DNA of 64,000 nt from Proteromonas lacertae (GCA_002245135.1 NGBS01000005.1:62001-126000), one strand, 5' to 3'; positions 14,095 through 28,082 are shown, counted from the first letter of the stretch. Numbers and translations are program-made. The notes: a model not told the origin generated them from the sequence alone.

Positions 14095-16555
14095 TTATAC
14101 AATTGATACTTTTCCATTCTCATCCATTTCAAGTGACAATCCTATTATAATTTCGTCTATTAATGTCTTAAACTCATCACTTTTACTCTTATTCAAATCC
14201 TGTTCAATTTGTTCCATTATTCCTTTTCCCATCTTTATTGGTATATCAATATGTGATACTGGATCATCAGCTCTCATAATTAAATGCTTATTTCTATAAT
14301 AAATAATGAAATGAACTAATCTCTCAGTTTCTTCAGCATTAATATAGGATTGAATAGAAATATTCTGATTATAAAATGACCAATCAAATGTTATGTCATA
14401 TTTATTCAACTTTTCACTATATACACAACTCACTCTCTTATTCCAAATATATTGAATTACTGCAGAATAATCACTTTTATCAGGAGCACCTTCTGATTTA
14501 CGAAGAAATTGGTTGAATTCTAATGGAGGAATATTTATCTCATAATCTTGTGAATTATTCACGAAATAATATCTGAATACCATTCCATTATCTTTTCTCA
14601 AATAACTACTACCAATGATGAAAACATCTTGTTTTGATTTAAATGACACATTTCCTTGGAATATTTGATCATCGCATAGTTTCCTATAAGGTCTCGATTT
14701 CTTTATAAAATAGTCAGAATATGAGCCTGGAGGACCATTTGGACATGTAAAAGGTTCAGTATAGCCAGAATTCTATACATTGATATAAACAAAAAATATA
14801 CATCAACAAATTTCTTTTTAAATTCAACACCTGGTGGATCTGGTGGTTTTTCATTAAAGAATGCAGTGCAAACAAGTCCTTTTCTACCTTTACATTCTAA
14901 GAATATTTCATTATTTTCTACTACACATGTTAATGATTCTAAGATCTTTCTTGCTATACCTTGTTTATATTCCATATTCCAATCAATAGGAGAAACTGTA
15001 ACATGAAAAAACTATTTGGAAAATAATTAATTAATATAAAATACTCTAATTATTTCTTTATAATCTAACACTAATACCAATTCAGTAGAAGTTCTTGGAT
15101 AATATGCAGTAACTCTAAAATTATTAGTATAAGATCTAATATCAGTAATAGTAACAATTAATCTATAATCACTAATTATATATATTTCTTTCATTATTCT
15201 ATCTTTACCTAAGTTCAATTTCAAATGTGATAATTGTTCTTGTATTAATGATTCTCTATGAATATCAGCTAGTGTATTTCGATCTTTATCACCTGGTGTA
15301 ATAGTGAAAACTGTATTTTCATTTTGATCTTTATAGCAATCCACTAAATCTATTAATTTCTCACACATTAATTTCTTTTGACCTGGTACAACACATGAAC
15401 CTTGACCTTCAAATAATGGCTATATTAAAATGTTAAAAATGAAATAATTAAATATACATAAACTTTTGGTAAACTTAACGGAATTACTTCTCTTTCACTA
15501 GTTTCTGGTGTATATATAATAACATCAAATCTCCGATAATATTCAGTCATATTAAACACCAATCCAATTATACCATATCCATATACACTAATAATACGAT
15601 ATTTTCCACCTAAAAATATTGCTCTTTCTGCAAATAATTCATAAGGAATTGTTCTAAATAATTCTTTCGATTCTCTATACTTTCTAAGTGGAGGTCTTTT
15701 TTTATTTAAGAATGTCTTTGTATCTGTGTGTTGTTTATTGTACAATTCTGCATTACCTATTATCTTTGGAGCTGGATTATCAGCAGAACCTGTTGGATTC
15801 CATTCTTTATCTCTATTCTTTTGATAATGCTATTAAAAAATATATATAATTATAATAAAATTATTAATACATCAATCATTTTATAAACATTATCCCATTT
15901 TTCATGCGTATCTGTAATATGTTTATAATCTCTATTGATTTTTAATTCATTTTCATATAATTTGTTTATTCTTTGCTTTGATGAAAAACAAGGCATTGTT
16001 GTTTCTCTTAAATATAATCTCAATTGTAATGGATTTGATGTTTCTTCTTCATCTTCTACTACATATTGGATTTTCTTCTTTTCTATTGTAGCTACACCAT
16101 CTTTCATGGTCATTACTTCTTTTTCTACTGTTTTAAGTCGAAGAGGAGGTAATGTTAAAGAAGATCTATGTTTTCTTTGTGAACTACTCCATGAAGACTT
16201 GAATTGTCTTGTAGTTTCAGATTTATTGTTCTTTATTGATGGAAGACTATTCTTCGGCTTGGGTTTAGATACTATTAGCTGATTTGCTGAACCAAAGTGT
16301 TGTGGTAGAAATATTGCATCTGGTGCTTTTGAATAATTTACATCATATATTTTCCTTCTTATCGGTTTTGGTTTAGGATATTCTCTTATTGGTTCATCTT
16401 CATCATCTGAATTATATGCAACAGAACTAAAATAATATCTTCAATAATACAAATCAAACAGATCATCATATAATGACACATTAGATTTTGATCTTGGAGG
16501 TTCATTTATAATATCTATACGATAAAACAATAAATATACCTAAAGTTGTAAACAT
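14095..16555 (-). CDS. Hypothetical protein with several degenerate ~110-aa internal repeats
   Basis: A multi-exon frame is reconstructed through six short GT-AG introns from ATG 16555. No known family recognised. Confidence 0.7.
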
Positions 16556-16699
16556 ATTTCAGTAAATAAACGATTATAAATGTTAATATAATAATAAATA
16601 GTTTATAAAGCTAGAATAAAGAAAAACGAAAATCAATAAAAGCTTGACTTGATTTGAAATTTAATTTTGAAATTTTAAAAATTCAAAATATACACGACT

Positions 16700-17475
16700 A
16701 TGGCTGATAAAAGAAAAAGTTTAATAATGGAGAAAGAGAAAATTCTCTCAAAACTACATGAGACAAACAAAGAGCCAAAATCTGTTGAATTTGAATCAAA
16801 CATAAGCGAAGTGAAGAATCAAGTATAATATTATTTTATGCATAATGCATAATATTATATTTTAGTTGAAAAGAATGTCAGAAGTAAGAACCACAAGAAT
16901 TGAAACAACAAATACACAAGTAACAAAAGAAATGGAAAGTGAAATTGTATATACTGCAATACATTTTTATTCTATTGTTTAGAAAAATACATTAACAAAA
17001 AGAATTAGAGAACTCGAATATGATAATGCAAGATTGAAGGAATTAATACAACAGTATTCAACTTTTCTGTTTTTTATATTATTTATTTAGAGGTAATTCA
17101 AGTAAATTTGATGATATGAGAAGAGATCTAACAATACTACAAGAAAAAATGAAAGAATATGGAGAAGAAAATCAATTATTAAAAAAAGAGAATAAAAATC
17201 TCAAGAAAGTGATTGCAAAGAATTCAGAAATAGTGTCAGAGAATAAAAGATTACAAGAACAGAATGAAAAGTTACAAATAGTAATTGAAAATCTACAAAA
17301 ACAGTTAAATGATACTGAAGAAAGAATTAGAAACCTTCCACATCGAGAAATTGCACAACAGAAAGTAGCAACAGAAGTTGGGATTATTCCTTGTCCTGTC
17401 AACTCATGGGTAGCAAATGAAACATTTAAAAATGATGTTACTCCAATTGATACCTTGTTTTCTTATTTATGGTAA
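16700..17475 (+). CDS. Coiled-coil hypothetical protein
   Basis: Four exons from ATG 16700 (MADKRKS...) encode heptad-rich E/K/L sequence. Confidence 0.7.
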
Positions 17476-17568
17476 ATTAATTATCATCTTTGTTGTTGTA
17501 TGAAAATGTTGTATTTTTTCATAACATATTTGAAATTTTTTTTGTAAGCTTGAATTCTGTCGAACTGA

Positions 17569-19423
17569 ATGAATAAAATTTGTCGATTTTCTCGTAGTTT
17601 AAACAGAATTTCATTGTATATTTATATTTATTTACAATATTATTCTTTATAGGTATAGTAAAAAGTGTATAGTTAAGAATAAATCTCTGATTAGAACATT
17701 TTCGAAAAATATAAAAGAATGTGATGTATTAATAGTTGGAGTAAGATACAATATTATGAATTTATTTGAATAGGGTGGTCCATCTGGATTGAGCGCTGCT
17801 TTGAAACTAAATGAACTGTGCAAGAAGAATAACAACAAATTAGATATATGTATAATTGATAAAGGTCAAGAAATTGGGTCTCATATACTTTCAGGTTGTG
17901 TAATGAATCCAGACTCTCTTGATTCTTTTTATCCTCCCTGGAAAGAAGAATTAGAGACAATCACTCCTGTAACACAAAGCCAATTATACTATCTAACAGA
18001 AAAATCAAATATAAAAGTACCATCGCTATTTGAATCTTCAAATTATAAGAATAAAGGAAATATAATGTTGAGTTTAAATGAATTAATAAGATTAGTAGGA
18101 AACTATATAAAAGACTTAGAAGATGCAAATATAAGTATCTATGAAAGTGCATCTGGTAGAGATATTCTATACAATAACAAAAATGAAGTAAATGGAATAA
18201 AAGTATATTTACCAAATAACGAATCTAAAGAAATATACTGTAAGTATTTAATACTGAGTGAAGGAGTAAAAGGAACTTGTACAAGAGACATAATAGAAAA
18301 ATATAACTTAGTAAAAAATCATAATTATCCAAATTATGGAATAGGAATAAAAGAAGTATGGAATGTTAATAATAATAATAATAATGGTAAATGTATTCAT
18401 ACTTTTGGATTTCCAATTGCTAAACATGAAAGAAATGCATATGGTGGTGGATTTATATATGTATTGAAGAACAATGTTGTACAAATTGGATATGTATTTA
18501 TATATTAATATTATATTTATTTAATAGATTGTTGGATTAGATTATAAAAATCCGTATATAAATCCATATAATGAATTTCAATTATTCAAATCTCATCCAT
18601 TTGTCAGGAAGTATATAGAAAATGGAGATAGAATAGCTTATGGTAGTAAGATTATTACTGAAGGTGGATATTATAGTATTCCTGAATTAGAGTTTCCAAA
18701 TGGAATTATTATTGGAGATAGTGGTAATTTAATGAACAGTGCAAAGGTAAAAGGAGTTAGTAATGCAATAGAAAGTGGTAAAATTGGAGGACAATATATT
18801 TATAAGAAGTTATTTAATAAAAATAATAATAATAAATCATTTAGAGAAATGATAATAGATAATGAAATAATTGGTAAAGAATTATATAAAAGTAGAAATA
18901 TAAATCAAGCATTCAAACATTCAATACATTATGGCATTATTCAAAGTGTATATAATATATTAATATATATTATTTATATATATAATAGTATATATCATCA
19001 ATATTTAAAGGTAAAGAACCATATTCAATATCATTAAACAAGAAAGACTGGGAATTTACACATTCTACGAATAAGTATAAACCAATACAATATCCAGAAT
19101 ATGATGGAAAATTGACATTTAGTAAAGAAGATAGTTTAGTATATAGCAATATTCAACATAGACAAGGACAAAAACAACATATTACTGTATTAAATAATGA
19201 TATTCAAAAAGAAACATATAAAAAATTTGGTGAATTGGAGAATAGATTATGCCCTGCTGAAGTTTATGAATTTGTTAAGAAAGAAAATGGAGATGATTTT
19301 GAATTAAAATTACATTGTGAAAATTGCTTACATTGTAAAAGTGTTTGTGTTAAAGCATTGAATGATAATATTCTGTGGAATCCACCAGAAGGAGGAAGTG
19401 GACCTAATTATGAGTTAACATGA
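17569..19423 (+). CDS. ETFDH: Electron transfer flavoprotein-ubiquinone oxidoreductase (ETF-QO)
   Basis: Basic, mitochondrial-presequence-like N-terminus. Spliced 'DVLIVGGGPSGLSAA', 'DKGQEIGSHILSG', 'YGIGIKEVW', 'YGGGFIY', 'GLDYKNPY', 'EGGYYSIP', and C-terminal 4Fe-4S 'CPAEVYE...NCLHCK...WNPPEGGSGPNY'. Confidence 0.95.
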
Positions 19424-19579
19424 TTTTTGTTAGTTTAAGTTTTGTTGTATAATTTTTGAATGTATTACTGATCTATTGAAATAGTTTCTATATTATTTTC
19501 GCTGAAATAGCTCAAATAACACGATATTTTAAGTTCAGTAAAAATAGAGTCGTTTCATAATATACAAAAAGTGAAATAA

Positions 19580-20452
19580 ATGAGCAACAGTTGTATATAA
19601 TGCATTATATATATTATAGATCATCAAGAATTAATTATTGATAAGCCATGGGAAGCTGTTGTAGAAGGAATTCATGATAGGTTTGTTTTTTATTCACACT
19701 GAATTTAATGGTTTTATTAGACATGAACTTGTTCCTAATCCAGATTTTCCAGATATAATAGCTACAGAATTCTGTAATTTCGCTTATGATTCAAATTTAC
19801 AAAAATCCTCTTTTGAAAGAAGGGATTGTATTTTAGTTCATCTACCTAGTTGGGTCAAAATGATTATCAACTTTAAATATGTCATTTCTCATAGTATATG
19901 CTTTATTGATAGAAGTATATTTTTCACTTTTTTGTTTTTAGCAAATAAAATATTTGAAGCTGATTCTAGCAATATATCCTTTAGTAATTACGTAGAACTA
20001 CATGATAAAGGAAGATATACACCAAATCCAAACAATCCAAATCAAACGCTCAAAGTATTAGACACAACTGTCAATGTGAAAGCAATTCCAATTCCTGGAA
20101 TTCAACATAAAGTAAATGAACTTGTATTGAGTAAATATTTTGAAGGGTTATTAAATAGTGATAGAAGTGATGTTAAGTTCATTGATAGAAGAATAATGCA
20201 AGGAGTTGTGAATGAAACAGCTCCAGAAATACAAGCAAAATGTGGTAATAGAAATGTATATTACATATGTAACTAATTCTATTTGATTAGCCATTATATT
20301 TTGGACATTATACTTTTTTCAAGGAAGTGGATAATAATGAGAAGATTCAAAAACTCTTATTAGAGCAAAGGCAAATTGAAATGCAAAAACAGCAACAATC
20401 ACAGCATCAAGCTCAATTTTTTGATACTCCACAAAATAGTTTTGATGATTAA
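19580..20452 (+). CDS. PRELI/MSF1-domain lipid transfer protein (divergent)
   Basis: Spliced 'KPWEAV...PNP', 'LPSWVK' and 'NISF..V...YTPNPNNPNQT' match the PRELI pattern. Four short introns. Confidence 0.6.
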
Positions 20453-20677
20453 ATGTTTATATTTTATATTATTATTTTTATTCTGTGATTTATAATATAA
20501 TAAAAATTCTTTTGATAATTCTTTCTTTTCTTGTTCTGTAATTCCATTCAAGTTGATAATTCCAATTGCTGAAAATGTTTCTAAATCTCATTTTTCCTTC
20601 ACTATAATAATAAACAAAAGAAATAAGATGGTTTTATAATACGAATAAAACAATAAATAACATTAAAAAAAAAACAA

Positions 20678-22255
20678 TTAAGCAGTAATTTTAGATCCTT
20701 CACCATTGTTAATTTCTGTCATCTTTTCACTACTAATTCTATTATGAGTAACAAAAAACGATCTTAAATGATCACAACTTTGAATTGCATATTTTAAATC
20801 ATCAATCATTCTATCAGTTATCTTATTATTATCTAAAAACACAGTCTGCAATTTACTACAATTCTTTAACATAGCTTCAAAAACTGATTTATATCCAGAT
20901 TGTTCACCTATATCATTTTCTTCTAAATATAATGTAGATAATACATTATTATTACCAAATGCTCTCAATATCTCAGATAATTCATCTACGTTTATTCCAG
21001 TTTTACCCAAATCTAAAACATCCAATGTTTTAACCAAATTCTCTTTTATATATTTACAAAATCGATTAATATTATCAATTGATGGGTATTTTTGATGTCC
21101 ATCTTTTCCTACTAATGGAACACCACGTAAATATAAATATTTCAATTCATTGAATTGTTCTAAACATTCAAATAATATATTAATTTGATCATCTTTTATC
21201 TCTATATTCTGACAATCAAATGTGGTTATTGATCTACAATAAGTTAAGCCAATTGTCAATTTCAAGAAATCAATATTACTTAATGATTTCATATCTTCAT
21301 TAAATAAAAACAAATTTGTTGCATTTGCATCTTTCAAGCATGTTTCTAAGTTTGGTTTTAGTTTCCAAGTTCCTAAGTCTTTGAAATTATTATGTAATAC
21401 CACTTTTCCATTACTACTTTTTGTTAATGATCGAAATACTTCTAATACACTGCTAATATCCTTTTCATTTAATGTATCCATATAACTCTTTAATTTCAAT
21501 ATTAAACTATCAATATTGTGATAATTTAATAGATAAGTGGATGGAACATTTTCTAAGAATTTTACAACTGTAGAAATATTACTCATCATTATTTCATCTC
21601 CTAAACCACCTACAGTTGATATTTGTGGAAACGAAATTTTTATATATTCTTAAATCTTCATCACTACTTTTATCATAGTATAACTTATTACATTTGATGT
21701 ATTTGACTTTTGCTTCTGTTAAATAATCTTGTAGAGCAGTTACATGTATAGAAACTGAATTTAGATGACTGAACATTCTTAAATAGGAATAGAATTCTTG
21801 AACTTCTTGCCAGCTTAACCATTTTACATCTAATAAACATATATTTTTAGAAATAAGGTAATACTGTCAAAAATAATATCATATGCAGATAAAAAATCAT
21901 GCAAATGAAGACATTTCTTTATTGGATTTGACTGTACTGTAATTGAACCAAGTGTTAAGATTTCAGGGTGATAAAGTGGTAAAAATGATAAGCCATAATA
22001 CTCTTCCTCTTCAAACTTACCTAGCAGTATAAAAAAACTATAAATACGGCTATAAATTAATGATTTTAAATATTCACTTGAAAACCATATCTGCATTGAA
22101 TCATTTCTAAAGACTAAAACAAAATATAATTAGAAAGAGGATAAAATACTTTCAGCATGTGGATATTGTCCTGCCTCTTCATTATGATCGTTGTATATCA
22201 CATCTAGATCATCGATGATAGTAATATTTTGCAAATATCTTAAATCCACATTCAT
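20678..22255 (-). CDS. RNI-like leucine-rich repeat protein
   Basis: C-terminal LRRs 'LKYLYLRG', 'LDVLDLGKTGI', 'LSTLYLEENDI', 'LQTVFLDNNKI'. Upstream exons splice from ATG 22255; the junction at ~21594-21652 is ambiguous. Confidence 0.7.
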
Positions 22256-22381
22256 TTTTATCAAAAATAAAATCTAACCAATAAAACACCAAATCTATCC
22301 CGCCTTTTATAAAATATGAATTTTGTAGAAGTAACAAACAGATTACATCCAGATAGTAATAAAAATACAATATATAACTAC

Positions 22382-23532
22382 TTAAAACACGTTCCATAAA
22401 GATGAAAGAGTCATTTCAGAAGGCAATTCCTCAACAGCTATACCAATTTCATTACTATAAACTACAGGTCTATTAGAATTCTGACCTCCTAATGCAAAAT
22501 ATGCAGCTAAATTATCACCTCCTCCAGAATTAATAATTTCAATATCATCAGTCTTTTGTTCAACTTTAACATTTTCAGAAGGTAATTGCTATTAATTAAA
22601 ATAATATTAAAAACAATATACTTTATCTTCTAATTTATATTCTACACCAAATATTGGATTTACACTGAATATTTGGAAAAGACTTAATACTTCTTGATAT
22701 ACATCATGCAATTTTTCAGCTGGATCAATTCTAAATCCCAAAGTATAACTACCACTCTGCGGTAAAGTATCAATCACTAAGGCAGGACCAAATTTAGAAT
22801 CTCTTATTCTCACAAATTTCTAAATAAATAAATAAATAAACAAATAAATATAATAAAACATAAAAAAATATACTAATTGTAAATATGGCATAGAAACATT
22901 GAAATTTTCAGCTAAGTTGGCAAACCAAACTAATCTTACATTAGTGATATATAAAGTGCCCAAATTACCTTGATCATTAGATAAATTCCATACGCCATTT
23001 ATTGTATTACATATTTGTTCATTTGGTAATAAAATCAATTGTTTATCTTTAATTATTGCACCTCTTAATTTTAAATCACGATATAGTTTTGTGGTTTCGT
23101 ATGATCTATATACTGCTTGAATACTGGTGAATAATCTTGGACTTGAACGTACAAGATTGGTAAATACAAATTCGAAACGATTACCATCGAATTTTGTGAC
23201 AATATAAAATGCTTGTACTGTTCCTTTTAATCTGGATGCTGCTGTTTTAATACTGGTACTTACAATAGTATTATATCCAATACTAAGATTTGTTCTCACA
23301 TTTGCATGACTAACCCACATAATTCGAAGATTAGTGATAGTTAGTGAACCACGCTCACCATTATTACCTTTTGTATCTTCTACTGAATTTATTGAATCAA
23401 TTTTCACTTCTCCTTGTCTGGGTTGTAAATCTCTATAAAACGAAGAGAATAAAATATCTAATACTTTATAGGTGAATCAAATCTAATTTCTCTATCTTGC
23501 CAAATATATTCAACATCTTCATCATCATCCAT
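22382..23532 (-). CDS. BBS5: Bardet-Biedl syndrome 5 protein (BBSome subunit)
   Basis: 'WQDREIRFD', 'VEDTKGNNGERG', 'NLSIG', 'RFEFVFT', 'LYRDLKLRGA', 'GVWNLSNDQGNLG', 'SKFGPALVI', 'GFRIDP', 'PIFGV'. Three introns. Confidence 0.97.
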
Positions 23533-23649
23533 TTTTGAATAAAAACGAAAAACAATTTATCTCAAACCTTAGTAATCAAGCCTAGATTGTTTTAAAAACA
23601 AAAATTCAAATAAAACATAACATTTTAAATCATATATATTACCTAAATA

Positions 23650-25149
23650 TTACTTAATAAATAGTAATGTAAATGAAACAGCAGTAATCATACACAAAAT
23701 CTGTAATGGAAAGCCAAAAGCTACATAATCCTTATAGTGATATCCTCCTGGGTTATAAACAATCAAATTTGTCTGATAACCAATATGACTCAAAAATGTG
23801 TTTGAAATAGCAAACATCAATATCATAATATTCTGTTTCAACGAATATGACATTTGATCAGATATTTGAACATTAATAACAACAGGAAACATTATTACTG
23901 CAGATCCATAGTTACCAATCAATGCAGATAGGATAACAGTGAATAAATATTCAATACATAACAAGCCATAACTACCAGAATGCTTTCCAAGTGATAAAAT
24001 AAAATTACTTATCAGTGTTGAAACTCCAGTACTTTGTGCTGCTTTTCCTAACCCAAATGTTGAGATTAATGTTAACATTAAGCGATAATTGATGGATGAA
24101 AATGCTTCATCAACTGTCAAACATCTTGTGATAATTAATACTGAGGATGTAAAACAAAAAAAATTAAAAAAACATAAAAAAAAGTTGTAATAATAAAATA
24201 AAAGGATATGCAAATAATGCAGATATAAGAATATTCATAAAATTCAGCACTGGTAATAAAATCATAATTATAAATATAATTATAGTCACAACTCTTTTAA
24301 CAATAATTATCTTCTTTTCTGTAGTATTGAATATACTATTATCAATATTTCTAATCATTCCAAAATGACTACTGTTACTGTATAGTTTAATGAATGATTC
24401 ATTCACATTTAATAACAAGATATCTCCAATCTCAAATATTCTTGAAGAACTAAGATTATTATCATTAATATTATCAGATGGAATAAAAATAGGAGAATCT
24501 CTGCTATACATAGTAAAATTCTTTTTATATAAATTATCCATGTCATTTGTACTTAACTTTACAGCCAATAAATCACAATTATATTCTTTAATCATTATTG
24601 CATTACTCATTACTTTGTTGATTAATGGACAACATTTGTCTAACACAACTTCTACTAATGTCGATCTATTTGATATACCATCCGATTGAGTAACCAATAA
24701 CAGTGAAGGATGAAAACGTAATAAATTGAGTGATTCACCATCTCCTGCAAAATATAAAATATCACGACTCTATATAAAACAATAATATAATATATTGAAA
24801 TACATATAATATTGTTTCATCATATATTCCAACTGATTGTTTCTCTCTCTCTATTTTCATTAATTTTGTGTGATAAGGACACATTAATCCTGACTGTAGT
24901 ATTGTTTGACCATGAATCTTTGAAGTTACTGGAATTGTAAATGGTATAACATATCTATAATACTGTTGATCTTCACTAATTATCTTCTCACTGTTATTTG
25001 GTAATAAGAATTTAGCCATTAATATCATATATATTATAGCAATTATACCAATAAATAATCCAGGTAATGTCATTTCAAACATTGAAAAAGGTTGAATATA
25101 TTGATGTGTTGATTCAATTAGGGATTGAATTAATAAATTATTACTATTA

Positions 25150-25182
<33 letters not shown>

Positions 25183-26271
25183 CCCTGATCCAATTAGACA
25201 GCAACTTCCTCCCAACATTGCAGCATAACTTAATGGCAATAATATATAAGAAGCAGGAATAGAATGCGTTTGAGCCCAATTCTCAATAACAGGTAATAAC
25301 ATAATAACCACAGGTGTATTGTTAATAAACACTGAAAAGATGAATGTAAATATTGATGTTTGTGCAATTGCTACAAATATATTCTTTGGATGGAATAAGA
25401 TTCTTTCTATTAATATAGTCACTATTCCACTCTATTAATTATTATTATTATTATTATATAATGATATATATATATACCTTTTCAACAGCTCTTGCTACAA
25501 TAAATAATACACCAATTGAAAGTATTGAAGGATTACTAAACGCTGAAAATGCATCATCAAAATCAATGATTTTTAAAAACAGCAATAAACAAGTTCCACC
25601 TAACGTAACTATATCATGAGGATAGTTTAAATATAACCCAATTGTGACAATATACTATTTATTATTTATATTATATTACTATATATACCAACACACCCAA
25701 TGTAACATATCCTTTCCAATTCAGTTGATCTAAACATTCAACTACATATGTACCATTTTGAAAAGATGTAATGTTTGTTGCTCTTCCTCCCTATTTGCGT
25801 ATAAATGAGTCTATCTATACATAAGCACATTCTGCATTATGCATTGCCCAGTCATTGTATGTTTTATCTGAAATCTTTTCTTCATACTTTCTTGCTTCAT
25901 TTGTTGATAGAAGAAATGTAAAGAAAAAGGAAAAGAAGACAATTACAGCCATTATAATACACCACTTGTATTCACTTCTATTTTTAATGCAATTATTATT
26001 CAGATAATATACACTTTTAGTATATATTTGTGAACTTTAGTTTGCTCGTGAATAGGTGAATCAAGTTTTGAAAAATCTGAAAATGTCCTCATATGGCTGC
26101 TACTGCTAGGTGATATTAATGCTTTCACTATTTTCAATAAAAATACACAAAATACTCTCTTTCAATGAATTGATTGTAAACCTTCGATTCTGAGTAGGTA
26201 TCATGCCAGCGCTGTTGCTTCTTTCTAAAAACAGTAAGTAATTGACTAATACGTAGTAAATTTTCATCCAT
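23650..26271 (-). CDS. SLC13/DASS-family permease with TrkA-C (RCK_C) domains (SLT/SAC1-like sodium:sulfate cotransporter)
   Basis: 'AFSAFSNP', 'FINNTPVV', 'LLPLSYAAMLGG..LIG', central TrkA-C-like region, 'IGYQTNLIVYNPGGY..D..FG.PL'. The model needs one AT-AC intron. Confidence 0.88.
24149..24209 (-). other. U12-type (minor spliceosome) AT-AC intron, 61 nt
   Basis: 5' end ATATCCTTTT is a perfect U12 donor, followed by a TTTTTAAT branch-like element and a TTTTAC acceptor. Removal gives in-frame 'ISALFASSVLIITRCL'. The local GT-AG option is out of frame. Confidence 0.9.
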
Positions 26272-26431
26272 TTTAATTGTGTGTCATGAAACGACTTTAT
26301 TTTTAATAAATAAAAAAAACATATTAAAAATGTAAATTTTATGAAAAATTTCATATCATCATAAAAAAGATGGTTGAACATTTGCAAATATCAACTGATA
26401 TTTATTAAAAATATGCTTTCTTTAAATTATA

Positions 26432-27394
26432 CTATTCAAAATCAATTTTTCTTACAGCTACAATATATAATAACAATATATACGAGTTTTAATATCAGTC
26501 CTAAGAGGTGAATCCTCATCTTCCAATAATGACTTTGGATGAGGTGAAGCTTGATAACTCTCTTCAATCTGTGATAGAGATGTCTCTTTACTACCACTAT
26601 CTCCACTAATTTCATTAATATTACCCATATCATCAACTGCACAACCACCATCATCAAGTGGTTCTAATCGTGACAAACTTGAAGAAGCGTATGGTCTAGT
26701 CTCATGTTGGCTTTGATATTTCCTTGCTAACATTGCTGTAGATGCTGGACTATCAATATAATTACTATCTGAATTTAAATCATCTCGTATTATTGAGATT
26801 GATGAATCGTTTAGATTTTGTAGATTTTCATTCTCTTGCTCTTCTTGTTTCTTTCGGTTTTGGTACTTTCTGTTCAGTAGAGCTTGAGATATTGGACTGT
26901 CTGCATAATCAGAGGATGCTTCTTCACGGAAACTTGTAACTATGGGAGATGCTACAGATTCTAAATAATTTAATAGTTTTATGTCTATACGAACAATTGA
27001 ATTATTCATAGCTACTTCTATTTGTGGTGTTGGAACATTTCTTTTACTTGCTATTGAAGTATGAAGCGGACTTACCATTTGCTCAATTTTTTGAAGCTGT
27101 TTTGGGTGTAGTTTGGGTGTAGTTTGTTTATGTAATTTTCTTGTTTGTAAATCATCTTCATATTCTATGAACTAGTCTCAAATTAAATATATACCGTCTG
27201 AGTCTAATATTTCCTATACATGTTTATATAAAAAATATACTTTTTGTGGATTTAATACTGGTGACATCTAGAAGATCATATAGAAGAAAATACTGGTAGA
27301 TCATCTAAATAAATAAAAATAAATATATACTGGCTTTGTTTGATTTACTAGGTATTTTATCGTGTATTATATTTTCAATTCCTGAAGTATCCAT
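26432..27394 (-). CDS. Disordered S/T-P-rich hypothetical protein with micro-exons
   Basis: Frame reconstructed from ATG 27394 through exons of 11, 27 and 19 nt to the large exon and final '..TPVRKIDFE*'. Confidence 0.7.
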
Positions 27395-27486
27395 GAGAAG
27401 ATTGAAAACTTTTGAAGAATGGGGTAAAATCAATTTAAATGAAAATTTTCGAACCACAATTTTAAATTTTTCAGTTTTAAATTCAA

Positions 27487-28082
27487 ATGTCATTACCAAG
27501 TAAATTGGGTGCTCAAGCATTTACAAGAAGCAAAATTAATGTACATAAATCAGATATTGTAATTTATAGAGGTTCACATTGACAGATGAACAACAACAAG
27601 AAATTAAAGAAGCTTTTGAGCTGTTTGATATAGAAAAAACTGGACGATTAGATTATCATGAACTTAAAGTGGCTATGAAGGCGTTAGGATTTCCAGTAAA
27701 GAAAGCTGAAGTTAATAAACTCATAAGTTCTTATGATAAATCGAATACAAGAAGTGTGGATTATGAAGAGTTTGAAGATATAAGTATTATGTGTTTTTGA
27801 TGTATTTAATAGTGAAAACAAAAATAGCAAATAGAGACCCTGATGAAGAAATAATAAAAGCATTCCAATTGTTTGACGATGATAATAAAGGCAGAATAAC
27901 AGTGAAAGTATTATTATGTACTTTTATTGATTTTATAGAATTTGAAGAAGATTACAAAAGAACTAGGAGAGAATGTAGGAGATGAGGAATTACAGTCAAT
28001 GATCACTGAATTTGATAGAGATCAAGATGGTGTAATAAATCAAAATGAATTTATGTACATTATGAAACAAACAGCCATATAA
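27487..28082 (+). CDS. CETN3: Centrin (centrin-3/Cdc31 type)
   Basis: '[36 protein letters not shown]', '[17 protein letters not shown]', '[21 protein letters not shown]'. Three introns. Confidence 0.92.
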
